DNA of 64,000 nt from Candidatus Brocadiia bacterium. GTDB taxonomy: Bacteria; Planctomycetota; Brocadiia; CAIUPP01. The position numbers and the translations under genes are program-made. Location: the NCBI GenBank assembly GCA_050015075.1, contig JBEKCB010000010.1:32001-96000 (forward strand), written 5' to 3'. Under the pieces are notes generated by a model, which made no database searches, had not been told where the DNA came from, and saw only the letters and a list, made by a program, of their open reading frames with translations. The number at the start of each line of letters is the position of its first letter. Within the stretch, counting starts at the first letter, position 1. Below are positions 28,316-37,824 of the stretch, in pieces.

Positions 28316-29313
28316 AGGTGATTCCCTTTCCCCGGCGAAGGCCGGCTGCCGGCGGTGATGGACCGCATTCCGGCCCACATATAAAGCTCGTGCCGCCGAG
28401 TCGCGTCGCCGCTGGCGCCGAGGAGCACCGGCGTCCCTTCTTTCACCATGACCTCGGCGTTGATGGGCGAATCTATCACCGGTCTCTGTTCCGCAGCCTC
28501 CGGAACCTCGCAGTCGAAGGCAATCCGCGCACTGATCTGCCCGCTCTTTTCTTTCGCGGCTTTGACACGATAACGGAACAGGTCTCTCGAATCGCGGTCA
28601 CGGCCGGAGAGGCGTACCGAGGCCTCCTCACCCGGCAGCAGGACAAACTGCGGGTTCGACAAAATGGTGGTCTTATTGTCGCTTTGCCGCTCGACGTACT
28701 GAAGTGTGACGACGACGACCTCCCGCGCAGCGTTCTTTTCGCCGACCGTGTTTATCCCGGAGCCGGACATGCCGACTTCCACCTGGTTGCCGTCAATGGC
28801 CATCCAGCGCATGGCTCCGCCCAGGTAGTCCTGGACGGAAACGAATGCCTGGACTTGCTCCGCTGATCCGTTCTCGATCAGCGCGTTTTTCGGCAACCGG
28901 CCGGCCGGGAGCGGCATGAAACTGCTCCCACCCCTAGGAGCAGTTTCAATTGCCACACCCGGCTGCCGCGCTTCCTTCTGGCGGACATGCAGCCGCCATG
29001 CGAGCAGCATGACCGCCGTCGAGAGGATGAGGATCGCCGCGATCGCCATGATCCGGAACGAAAGAGAGACGGGGCGACGCTCCGTCATCTTGACTTTTCG
29101 CCAGATTTCCTCGCGCAGCCGCCGGGAATAATCCGGCGGAAGATCCGGCGCCGAAACGGAACGCACCGCCGTGTGCAGGCGACGCTGCTCCCATTCCTGC
29201 TTCTCGCAGGCCGGACACTGCGCCAGGTGTTCGTGCAGGGCCGCCTGCTCGGCGTCCGAGAGATCGTTGTCGAGCAGCCGGCTGATCAGTTGAGAGCTTG
29301 TCTCGCAATTCAT
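28312..29313 (-). CDS. Zinc-finger (zf-HC2/ZAS) transmembrane anti-sigma factor
   Basis: MNC...LISRLLDNDL...HEHLAQCPAC (HxxxCxxC), single TM, periplasmic beta domain. Directly downstream of the ECF sigma. Confidence 0.9.
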   Translation of the reverse strand: MNCETSSQLISRLLDNDLSDAEQAALHEHLAQCPACEKQEWEQRRLHTAVRSVSAPDLPPDYSRRLREEIWRKVKMTERRPVSLSFRIMAIAAILILSTAVMLLAWRLHVRQKEARQPGVAIETAPRGGSSFMPLPAGRLPKNALIENGSAEQVQAFVSVQDYLGGAMRWMAIDGNQVEVGMSGSGINTVGEKNAAREVVVVTLQYVERQSDNKTTILSNPQFVLLPGEEASVRLSGRDRDSRDLFRYRVKAAKEKSGQISARIAFDCEVPEAAEQRPVIDSPINAEVMVKEGTPVLLGASGDATRRHELYMWAGMRSITAGSRPSPGKGNHL

Positions 29314-29340
29314 GTCACGTCTCCCTGTCCCAAGTACTCT

Positions 29341-29913
29341 TCATGGCTCCAGATAATCCGCAAGCATGTCCCGCAGGAGCTGCCGGGCCTTCCAGACCCG
29401 CCAGGCCACAGTCCCTTCGGGGAAACTCAGTATGCGCGCGACCTCTTTGTACGAAAGCCCCTCCTGCACGATCAGGGTGAGCGCCGCGCGCTGGTCGTCG
29501 GGAAGTTTCATGATCGCGTCGCTCAGGAGCCCGGCGAACTCCTTTTCGCGCAACGTCTCGAGCGGGCCGCTTGAGGACGACCGCCGCGAGTCCGCCGGTG
29601 GATCGGCCAGCGAAACCGTTTCGTGGCTCGAATGTCGCTCGCGTCGCAGGTCCAGCGCCTTTCGCACGGCAATGGAATAGAGCCAGGTCATGAACCGCGA
29701 GCGCCCCTTGAACTGCCGCAACGAACAGTAGGCCTGGACAAAGGTATCCTGGGTCACCCCGTCCGCCTCGTTGGCACTGCCGGTCAATCGGCAGGCCAGG
29801 CGATAGACGCGTTCGTGGTGGGCTTGCATGAGCTGGTCGAATGCCTCGTGATCGCCGCGCTGGGACCGCCGGATCAGTTGGGTTTCGACGGTTTCATCCA
29901 CGCCTGCCTCCAA
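29341..29913 (-). CDS. ECF RNA polymerase sigma factor (sigma24 family)
   Basis: Region 2 (DGVTQDTFVQAY...FKGRSRFMTWLYSIA) and region 4 (LPDDQRAALTL...LSYKEVARIL...GTV). Confidence 0.93.
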   Translation of the reverse strand: MEAGVDETVETQLIRRSQRGDHEAFDQLMQAHHERVYRLACRLTGSANEADGVTQDTFVQAYCSLRQFKGRSRFMTWLYSIAVRKALDLRRERHSSHETVSLADPPADSRRSSSSGPLETLREKEFAGLLSDAIMKLPDDQRAALTLIVQEGLSYKEVARILSFPEGTVAWRVWKARQLLRDMLADYLEP

Positions 29914-29947
29914 CCCAAAGTGCGCGCGCCGGGTGCTTCTTAACCTA

Positions 29948-30000
29948 TTGGACGGATTTGCCGGAACTTATTTTGTCCAAGCCCCGAATTTTTTTCGGGC
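29948..30000 (-). promoter_or_regulatory. Candidate ECF-type autoregulatory promoter with adjacent hairpin
   Basis: Sense strand: TTGGACAAAAtaagttccggcaaatcCGTCCAA ~35 nt before the sigma start (CGTC-type -10). Preceded by a gcccgaa/ttcggg hairpin. Motif resemblance only. Confidence 0.35.
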
Positions 30001-30370
30001 CCCTGGCTGAGTCCCGGCGTGGCGCTTGCCCTGCGTAAAGGCGGTTGGATTATCTCACAACGCCTCAACCTCTTCCAGTTTTCGGATACGGCCGAGTGTC
30101 ATCGTAGTCTGCTGAAGTCCTGCCGCCTTTCTACCGGCTCCCCGAAGTCAGCCTTTTCGCAATGATTCTTCCTCGCGTCGGCCGGCTCCGCGCCCGGCGC
30201 CGGTCTGACGACGCGCCGGCGGTGATAAGGGACGGCCGGACACGATCAGCCATAGGGAAGGTGTGCGACCCTGACCTAAAAATGATTCGAAAGTGTCCTT
30301 TGGCCGGGATTCGAGGTTGCTCAAGGCCGTCGAAAGTTTTCCAAGAGTGGAAAACGGTCCGAAATGGACT

Positions 30371-30456
30371 TTGACAACGGCCGCTTGGCTGGTACAATCT
30401 GCCCTTTGGACACGGCCGTCCTCGGCGGGGCGGTCAATTGGAGGATCCCGTATGAA
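30371..30456 (+). promoter_or_regulatory. Sigma70 promoter TTGACA-N16-TACAAT plus conserved leader element (copy D)
   Basis: TTGACA 30371-30376; TACAAT 30393-30398; GGCCGTC-N8-GGCGGTCaattggaggatcccgtatgaa, with the tail overlapping the RBS and start codon. Confidence 0.75.
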
Positions 30457-33400
30457 ATTGTTCTGGACGTGCCTGAACCTATCCGTCGCAGCCGGGTTTT
30501 GCGGCGGCATGAGCCTGGCTGGCGGCGCTGCGCAGACGCCGGCACTGAAAGATCTGCCGTTGCAGGAGAGTGTTTCCCAATATGGGATAACTTGGAAGTT
30601 TGACAAGAAGGTCCCTGTGGGGCAGTTCGTCACCGGCGACTACTACGTTGTCGGGCCGGCGAAAGTGTTGGAGGTTACGCCGGCGCCGACGGGCACAGGC
30701 ACGGCTTTCCGGAATGGCTCGATGCTGAATCCGCCTGTGACGGTCTATACCGCCTACGATGGCCGGTTTGATAATGATTTTCGGGAGAATCTCATCACCA
30801 GGTATCCCTTGGAACTGAAGCCGGGGGATTCATTGGTTTCGACGATCAGCCTGGAAGTCGGAGAACCCATTGAAAAGTTGCCCGGAAACGAGCCGGGCCG
30901 CCTTAAGGCTGCTGCGGTGCTGACTTGTCTGGCGCAAGCCGTTTCGGCGGACACTTTCCGCCCCGGCTATTGCGATCAGAAGAAAGATAACTTTCATCGC
31001 GCCGCCGAAATTCACTGGGAACTGTTGCCCAGTGTGCCTGCGCCGACGAGCAAACCAAACTGGTCTTGGCCGGAATTGGAGCGCGTCTTTCAACGTCCAT
31101 GGATTGACCACGTTTACTCCTGGGAAAGTCGGGAGGTCCATCCTGCTGAGAATATGCCAGGTTACGGTTATCGGCTCGCGTGGGTGGTTTCAGAGGCCGC
31201 GTTGGAGCTTTGCACCGATGCGTCGCGCGATCAAAAAACCAGGTTGTGTCAGGAAATGATCCAGGTTGGCATAGATAACTGGGCTATTGCCAAGCGCGGA
31301 AAGCGCGGAGAGGCCGGCGGCTGGATTTCCCAGGGCGGGTTCGGCCCCGGGCGCAAATTCCCCATCGTTCTTGCCGCCGTCATGCTTCAGGATCAGGAGA
31401 TGATGAATATCAAAAAGAATGCTCCGGAGACCGCCTTCGGCGAGGATGAGGCTACTGAATTCGGACGGACCTGGACCGGCGCCAACGTCTGTTATACGGG
31501 CCAGTTTCCAGCGACCGGAACGCCTGACAGAGGTCCCTACGAAAACCTGTATCCGAGTATATGGCCCGGTCCAAGTCGCACCTTGGGTGAGGCATACCGA
31601 AGGGGCTCGTCCTTCAGCTCCTCCATTGGGGCGGCGCTGGCAGTACACCTCATGAAGGCCGAAAAAGTTTGGGACTATGACGCGTTTTTTGCTTATATGG
31701 ATCGCTGGATGTACGAAGACGACAGCGAAGCTGTAAAGAGTATTAAGATCGCTCTGGGTGTAGCGTATGGCCACAGAGCAGGATCTCATCGCCTGGATGC
31801 TTTCACCGACGAGATGTGGGCCAACTGCAGGCAGATTGTCGGAATCGCGCCTGTTGCGGTCTTCCAGAAAGAGATTGAGGAAAAAGGCGAGGTCAAGATC
31901 GGACCAAACCGGGAATTCCTTGTCAATGGCAAGAAGCTCTTTCCCCTCATGTTGTTCGCTCAAACCAACGTCAACATAAAGGATGCGGAGGCACATGGTG
32001 AAGAGCTTGCCGAGGGGAAGATTCCAGCAAGCCTTTTTGTCGAGGCCGACGCTCAAGTCCAGGAGGCCCTCGACCTCGGAACGAACACAGTATTTGTGAA
32101 CGGCGATGCAGGCCAGACCACTTGGGCATGGCATTACGGGCGCGAGTTCCTCAGAAGAATTGCGGATAAAGGACTGTATGGAGTTTTGGGAGCGGACACG
32201 GAGGTGTTCGGCCATCCGAACTTGTTAGGTTTGGCGCAGGAAGACCAGCCGGATCGCCCTGTGACGATGATTCCCACTCCGCCACTGCCGGTGAAAATAG
32301 ACGCTCGGATTCTTAACAGGTCCCAGCAAGCTCACGGCGCAGCACAGGAAGTGTTCAATCCCGCAACTACGGAGGAAGGCGTGTTGCTGGAGAACATGGA
32401 GGGCGCAGAAGTCAGGATCAGATTGGCGCGCGAGGTCACCGTGAGCAGTTTGATGGTCTGTATAATGCCAGGGGTCACGACCACGAATGCGCGATCGCCG
32501 ATTTTCCTTCCGGACGGAACACTGGCCACCCGAGAGGATGCCAAAGACGTCGTCTTCCTGGCCGACGGAAAGGAGATTCTCAAGGTCAGCTTGAAACAAG
32601 AGCGTGGCGACCAGAAGTTCAAGTTGCCTAACCCGGTCAGTTTCAAAGAATTGGTTTTCCGGGTTGTGTCTGTTTATCCGGGGAAGGCGGGTTACGGTTT
32701 TATAAAGCAGGTTGGGGCCTTTGACGAAAAGGGCCAGCGCGTTTACCTCTATGACTATGAGCCGCAGCTTCGTTCGGTGGAGAAAGTGGGGGACGTGTAT
32801 CGCTGGATGAGAAAGAGGCAGAAGACTCGCCCTGTTTTCCTCACACTCAGCTCCGGCTTCATGTCCTCCTCGGCGATGTGGGACAAAGAGACCCGCCAGA
32901 CACTGTATCCCGGATATATTGCAAGCTGTGATGCGGCGGGATTCGTGTTGCCGCCTGACCCTGCAAGCGATCCGGCGAAATGGCTGAACCGCGTCGGACA
33001 AGAAGCGGATGAGCTCTGCAAGCTTGCAGGCGCCGGGCGGCCTGTCGTGTTCTGGCTCGAAGCGAACTCAGCGCTGAAGCCGGCGGACGCCAGAGCTGCA
33101 GTCTGGAACGCGATTATTCACGGGGCAACAGCTATCGGCTATCGAATGCAACCGCGCGACAAGTCCTCGCAAGCGGACGGTGAAATGACGGCGGCGTTGA
33201 AGCAACTCAACCGGCAGATCGCGCAACTGGCGCCGGCCATTCTCAGCGACCCTGCGCGTGTCAAGGCTGTGATGGCGATGAACAGCGGACAGGAGTGCGG
33301 CTGCAAGGCGACCGAGTCCGACGGTTCGATGGTCATCTTCGCGCAGAACCTCGGCTCGGAGGGCAAAGCCGTCATTCGTGTGGATGGACTTCGAGCCGGA

Positions 33401-33508
33401 ACGAACATTGAGGCGGTCGGCGAAGGGCGCACCATCGCCTCGAGCCAAGGCGAGTTCAACGACGATTTCGCGCCGCTGTCTGAGCACGTCTACAGACTAA
33501 AACTCTAG
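30452..33508 (+). CDS. Large exported protein; N-terminal half paralogous to 43225-44835, C-terminal half resembles carbohydrate-active modules
   Basis: Start moved to MKLFWTCLNLSVAAGFCGG (GGAGG RBS). Shares SQYG.TW.FDK...VGQFV.GD.YVVGP, G.GRK.PIV and DAFF.Y.DRWMYE with 43225-44835. Confidence 0.75.
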   Translation: MKLFWTCLNLSVAAGFCGGMSLAGGAAQTPALKDLPLQESVSQYGITWKFDKKVPVGQFVTGDYYVVGPAKVLEVTPAPTGTGTAFRNGSMLNPPVTVYTAYDGRFDNDFRENLITRYPLELKPGDSLVSTISLEVGEPIEKLPGNEPGRLKAAAVLTCLAQAVSADTFRPGYCDQKKDNFHRAAEIHWELLPSVPAPTSKPNWSWPELERVFQRPWIDHVYSWESREVHPAENMPGYGYRLAWVVSEAALELCTDASRDQKTRLCQEMIQVGIDNWAIAKRGKRGEAGGWISQGGFGPGRKFPIVLAAVMLQDQEMMNIKKNAPETAFGEDEATEFGRTWTGANVCYTGQFPATGTPDRGPYENLYPSIWPGPSRTLGEAYRRGSSFSSSIGAALAVHLMKAEKVWDYDAFFAYMDRWMYEDDSEAVKSIKIALGVAYGHRAGSHRLDAFTDEMWANCRQIVGIAPVAVFQKEIEEKGEVKIGPNREFLVNGKKLFPLMLFAQTNVNIKDAEAHGEELAEGKIPASLFVEADAQVQEALDLGTNTVFVNGDAGQTTWAWHYGREFLRRIADKGLYGVLGADTEVFGHPNLLGLAQEDQPDRPVTMIPTPPLPVKIDARILNRSQQAHGAAQEVFNPATTEEGVLLENMEGAEVRIRLAREVTVSSLMVCIMPGVTTTNARSPIFLPDGTLATREDAKDVVFLADGKEILKVSLKQERGDQKFKLPNPVSFKELVFRVVSVYPGKAGYGFIKQVGAFDEKGQRVYLYDYEPQLRSVEKVGDVYRWMRKRQKTRPVFLTLSSGFMSSSAMWDKETRQTLYPGYIASCDAAGFVLPPDPASDPAKWLNRVGQEADELCKLAGAGRPVVFWLEANSALKPADARAAVWNAIIHGATAIGYRMQPRDKSSQADGEMTAALKQLNRQIAQLAPAILSDPARVKAVMAMNSGQECGCKATESDGSMVIFAQNLGSEGKAVIRVDGLRAGTNIEAVGEGRTIASSQGEFNDDFAPLSEHVYRLKL

Positions 33509-33610
33509 CCTTCTAAGAAGGCGAGGGAGAGTGAAGTCGCCGGCTTTACGGTTCTGATCGTGAAGGGGCAGTCCGTATGCCGTACGCGCTCGAAGTAATG
33601 CCCTCCGGCC

Positions 33611-35035
33611 TCATTCCGGCGCAACATAGTTTTTCGGCCCACCGTAGCGCATGAACCGGCTGTGGACGATCAACAGCAAGATCGCGGCGAACACTGCAAT
33701 GCCGGAACCCATGAGGAAGGTGTAGCGGTACTGATGGCCGCTCCAATCCAGGATGCCGCCGATGGACGGGCTCATCACCATACCGATGGCCGCGCCGACC
33801 AGGCCCGCGGCCGAGTTGAACTGCGCGAACGTCGAACGCGGCAACAGCCGTTGCGCCAGCGAGGCGGACGTGGTGTAGTAGACGCCGGAAAGAACGCAAT
33901 GCACCACCCAGCCGACGGCGAACCGCGCCGGCGCGGTCACGTAGAAGAGTCCCGCCATCATCGCGATGGCATAGAGCAGCAGCGCGATAATGCTCACCCG
34001 CAGCGCATGGAACCGATCCACCAGCACGCCGAGGAAATACGCCAGGCACAGCGAGATCACGTACGACAGGGCACTGTACTTCCCGTACTTTTCCATGTTG
34101 ACGCCCATGCTGTTGGCGAACGGCACGCTGAACAGGTTGATGGGCCAGAAACTTATCCCGCCGAAGGTCAACCCCAGGAACACCCAGAGGTAGTACGGCT
34201 TGCTGAAACATTCCTGGAAATAGACCTTCGTGATTGCGAAGACGCTCTTGCGTTCGCCCGGCTTGACGTCCGGCGGCGGCGCATACTGGCCCTCTTTGAC
34301 CATCAGGCACATCATCATTACGCCCACGCCGTACAGGATCGCGATGCCCCCGAACAGCCATTGGCTGTGCTCTTCGGCCTGCCCGATCAGCCAGTAGTTG
34401 AAAAGAATCCCCGCGAGCAGGCTCAATACCCGGAAGAGCCCGTAGAAACGGCCGAGCAACGAGCTGGGAACCACGTCATTGATCAACGCGCCGAAGACTG
34501 AACCGGCTATGATCGCGGCAAACTCGAAACACGTCCAGAAGACTCCGAAAACGATGAGGGTGAGGTTCACTCCGGTCAGCCACTGGCTGCCCAGGATGCC
34601 GCGAACCAGGTCGGCGATGGGCTGGCTGAATGCCAGTCCCGCCATGGCCAGCGCCGCGACCGGCGTGGCGACGAGGATGTAGGGAATCCGTCTGCCCCAG
34701 CGTCCGCGATGGCGGTCGGAACGATAGCTGATGATCGGTCCCAGAATGGCGCTGATGCCCAGCGGCAGAGAACTGAGCAGCAGGCCCATGACCGTATCCG
34801 AGGCGCCGTACTTCTTCACCAGCATTTGCACAACGGGGGCCACAGCCCGATCGCGCATGGACCAGGCGAAATCACCCCAGAGGAGCCAGGAGAACAGGAT
34901 CACGAGACCGCCGAAGGTGTAGGCGAGCGTGCCGACGCGCCAGAGTTTCCGCTGCGGCGCAGGAATTGCGTCCGCCGGCACGCTCCGCGCGCCGCGAGTC
35001 GCGTCCGCTTGGCCGCTTGACTCGTCGCCCATCAC
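33611..35035 (-). CDS. MFS transporter (sugar/GPH-like)
   Basis: ~12 TM segments; SDRHRGRWGRRIPY motif; GVLVDRF. Confidence 0.9.
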   Translation of the reverse strand: MMGDESSGQADATRGARSVPADAIPAPQRKLWRVGTLAYTFGGLVILFSWLLWGDFAWSMRDRAVAPVVQMLVKKYGASDTVMGLLLSSLPLGISAILGPIISYRSDRHRGRWGRRIPYILVATPVAALAMAGLAFSQPIADLVRGILGSQWLTGVNLTLIVFGVFWTCFEFAAIIAGSVFGALINDVVPSSLLGRFYGLFRVLSLLAGILFNYWLIGQAEEHSQWLFGGIAILYGVGVMMMCLMVKEGQYAPPPDVKPGERKSVFAITKVYFQECFSKPYYLWVFLGLTFGGISFWPINLFSVPFANSMGVNMEKYGKYSALSYVISLCLAYFLGVLVDRFHALRVSIIALLLYAIAMMAGLFYVTAPARFAVGWVVHCVLSGVYYTTSASLAQRLLPRSTFAQFNSAAGLVGAAIGMVMSPSIGGILDWSGHQYRYTFLMGSGIAVFAAILLLIVHSRFMRYGGPKNYVAPE

Positions 35036-35073
35036 CCGACCTCAGTTGATTTGCACTCTTTCACCCCGTGGCC

Positions 35074-35138
35074 AAGCGTCCTTCAAAGAAAACCGGGTTT
35101 TGGAGCATGAGAATAAAGAGCCGAATTGCCGCTGTCAA
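35074..35138 (-). promoter_or_regulatory. Sigma70 promoter TTGACA-N17-TATTCT with a degenerate copy of the leader element (copy G)
   Basis: Sense strand: TTGACAgcggcaattcggctctttattctcatgctccaaaacccggttttctttgaaggacg, partly alignable with copy A. Confidence 0.45.
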
Positions 35139-35319
35139 ACGATTCTTCGGGGATATGCCGGTCTTGAACAGGGTTCCGAGGCGCTGGCGGTGGCTGAAAT
35201 GGGGCAGAAAGGGAGACGCCCGCGCCCGCTCCGGCAGCTTGAGCTAAAGAACGCGTGATTTCTTGCGATAATCCTTATGGAGATCCTCGGAATGCCGCAG
35301 ATGCTTTAGGTCGGACGCC

Positions 35320-36606
35320 ATGAGCAGTCTTGCCGAAATAACTACGCTGGGAGGCGCCGGCGCCGCCGGCGACTCCCTGTCCAAAATCTTCATCGCCCGG
35401 CAACCCATTCTGGATATGCAGCAGAAGGTCTACGGCTACGAACTCCTCTTTCGCTCCGGGCTCGAGAATGCCTTCAGAAGCGCGGAACCTAACCAGGCCA
35501 GCGCCAAGGTCATGACCGATGGCACCCTGATCCTCAGCATGGAGGCCATCAGCGACGGCAAGCTCGCCTTCATCAACATCACGCGCGACATCCTGCTCAA
35601 CGACTACATCAGTCTTCTGCCCAGGGGCCTGACCGCGGCGGAGATCCCGGAGACCATCGAACCGGGCCCGGAGATCATCAGCGCCTGCAGCAGACTTAAG
35701 GAAGCCGGCTACATACTCGTCCTGGACGACTTCGTCTACGGAGAGCAGTATGCCGACCTTATGAGCCTGGCGGACATCGTCAAGGTGGATTTCCTGTCCA
35801 CTTCGGCGGAGGAGCGCCGGCAGGTTCTGTCACGCTTCAAAGCCCCCAAAGTCCGTTTCCTGGCCGAGAAAGTCGAGACGCACGAAGTCTTCCAGCAGGC
35901 GGTCAGCCTGGGATACACTTATTTTCAAGGGGACTTCTTCAGCAAGCCCGTGATCATCTCGTCGCGAGACGTGCCGGGCTTCAAGCTCAATTACCTGCAT
36001 ATGCTTCAGGAGCTTCAGTGGCCCGATGTCAACTTCCCCCGTCTGGAGGGGATTGTCAAGCGCGACATGGCGCTCTCTTTCAAGCTGCTGCGATACATCA
36101 ATTCCGCTTATTTCGGCCTGAGCAACAAGGTCAGTTCCATCATGCATGCCATACGGCTGCTGGGGCCGCGGCAGTTCAAGCAATGGGCTTCGCTCCTCGT
36201 CATGGCCAGCATGGGCAGCGACAAGCCCGACGAGCTCGTCGTCCGGGCGCTCATCCGCGGGAGGTTCTGCGAGTCCCTCGCCCCGATCCTCGGCATGAAG
36301 CAGCAGTCGCAGGAACTCTTCCTGCTGGGAATGTTCTCCGCGATTGACGCGATCCTGGGCCGCCCGCTGGAAGAGATCCTCAAGGACCTTCCGCTGTCCG
36401 ATGACATCAAGGACGCGCTCTGTGGAAAGCCCAACCGCCTGCGCGCCGTCTTTGATTACGCTTTGGCTTACGAAAAAGGGGACTGGGATGGTTTGAGCGC
36501 AAAGGCCGACGCCCTGGGGCTCGACGAGTCCGGAATCCCGGCGGTCTATCTGGCCGCCGTGCATTGGGCAAAGCGCAGCTTTGGGGAAGCCACTGCCGCC
36601 CGGTGA
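35320..36606 (+). CDS. EAL and HDOD domain protein (YuxH/PdeH-like c-di-GMP signalling)
   Basis: FIARQPILD, GYELLFR, LDDF, IVKVD, LAEKVET, YFQG; HDOD KLLRYINSAYFG. Confidence 0.9.
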   Translation: MSSLAEITTLGGAGAAGDSLSKIFIARQPILDMQQKVYGYELLFRSGLENAFRSAEPNQASAKVMTDGTLILSMEAISDGKLAFINITRDILLNDYISLLPRGLTAAEIPETIEPGPEIISACSRLKEAGYILVLDDFVYGEQYADLMSLADIVKVDFLSTSAEERRQVLSRFKAPKVRFLAEKVETHEVFQQAVSLGYTYFQGDFFSKPVIISSRDVPGFKLNYLHMLQELQWPDVNFPRLEGIVKRDMALSFKLLRYINSAYFGLSNKVSSIMHAIRLLGPRQFKQWASLLVMASMGSDKPDELVVRALIRGRFCESLAPILGMKQQSQELFLLGMFSAIDAILGRPLEEILKDLPLSDDIKDALCGKPNRLRAVFDYALAYEKGDWDGLSAKADALGLDESGIPAVYLAAVHWAKRSFGEATAAR

Positions 36607-36813
36607 GGCAGGCGCCTGCCGCTTGCTTATTGGAAATTCGGCCGATGATCGAGAAAAAGGATCTCCAGCGTCAGGCCCGGCGGCGCGGCATCCGGCGCTC
36701 CGGTGGAAACGCTTTTCAGGGCTATCCAGAGCTATTGACGCCGCCCGCCGAGGATGATACGGTCTCCGAGCAGGCTGGGGTCAACAGGGCTTAGCGGTAG
36801 AAAGTGCAACGCC

Positions 36814-37062
36814 ATGGCGGAGAAGCAGGGGGATAAACACAGTGCTGATGCGGCTGCCAGGCTGGAACCCTTCCTAAAGATTGTGGATTCACTGGAGAAA
36901 GAAAAGGAGGGCTTGCTGGAAAAGATAGGCGCAACGAGTCCTGACAATGCGATAGCGGCCCAGCGCATACGCGAGATTGACAGCAAGCTGATGAGCATTC
37001 AGGATGCGTTCACAGACAGCTTAGTGAAACGGATAGGTGTGGAGCGCGAGAGAAAAGGTTAA
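36814..37062 (+). CDS. Small hypothetical coiled-coil protein
   Basis: Purine-rich ORF with helical, charged composition; start uncertain. Confidence 0.5.
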   Translation: MAEKQGDKHSADAAARLEPFLKIVDSLEKEKEGLLEKIGATSPDNAIAAQRIREIDSKLMSIQDAFTDSLVKRIGVERERKG

Positions 37063-37068
37063 GTCCGA

Positions 37069-37788
37069 CTATCTGCCTGAGAAGGAACGGTAGTGGCGAA
37101 CCAGTTCGGGGTACTTCGCCAAGGCTTCGCTCCCCTTGGACGTGACCGCGTACAGCCCTCGACCGACGCGACAAAACCAGCCGTAGACGTTTCTTGACAG
37201 GATGGAGAGCGTCTTGGGCCCGGTCCCGAGCGCGCGCAGTTGCCGAGGCTTCATCTCACCGCAGTCGGCGAGGTAACAGGCGATCTGGATCGCGTTCTCA
37301 CGGTACGCCGTGACGAGCGGTCGCCGGGTGCTGCCGCCGAGGTTGAAGTCCCCTGAGCGCCGGCCGATTTCCTCGAGGACCGTTCGCCGCGCGCTGCGCC
37401 GCTTTCTTCGCTCGAAGGGCAACGGGTGGAAGACCACCTCCACCGGCGGCCTGCCCGGCTTGAGCGACACCAAGATCAGCCCCAGTTCCAGCCGCCGCAG
37501 CACGCGGAACACCCCGCGCATCTGCCACATCCACTTCGCGTGGTTCGGCGGGCGCGGCACGGCCAGATAGACGGAGTCGGTCATCTGCTGTCGCCGCACA
37601 CCCTGGGCCAGGAGCGCCAAGTTCAGCGCCAGTTTCATCTCGATCACGATCAGGTCGTCGCCCTTCACTGCCGCGATGTCGCAGTGCTTCACCTCACCAC
37701 GGACAGTGTATCCCTGCGCCGTCAGGTACGCGTGCAACAACGGGTAGAGGTCCGTCTCCACCGGTTTCGTTTTGGCTCTGCGCGGCAT
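37069..37788 (-). CDS. DUF2161 family protein (putative PD-(D/E)XK fold)
   Basis: ETDLYP...GYTVRGEVKHCDIAA...VIEMKL, LVTAYRENA, ILSRNVYGWF. Confidence 0.85.
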   Translation of the reverse strand: MPRRAKTKPVETDLYPLLHAYLTAQGYTVRGEVKHCDIAAVKGDDLIVIEMKLALNLALLAQGVRRQQMTDSVYLAVPRPPNHAKWMWQMRGVFRVLRRLELGLILVSLKPGRPPVEVVFHPLPFERRKRRSARRTVLEEIGRRSGDFNLGGSTRRPLVTAYRENAIQIACYLADCGEMKPRQLRALGTGPKTLSILSRNVYGWFCRVGRGLYAVTSKGSEALAKYPELVRHYRSFSGR

Positions 37789-37824
37789 GGATCTCTCTCT
37801 GCAAGGGGCGAGAGTCCCTCTGGC

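Noticed and set aside
7353-29913. Type III-E CRISPR (Craspase) locus suggested by TPR-CHAT plus ECF sigma
   Set aside because: No Cas7-11, no recognisable Csx30/Csx31 and no repeat-spacer array. Both CHATs have signal peptides.
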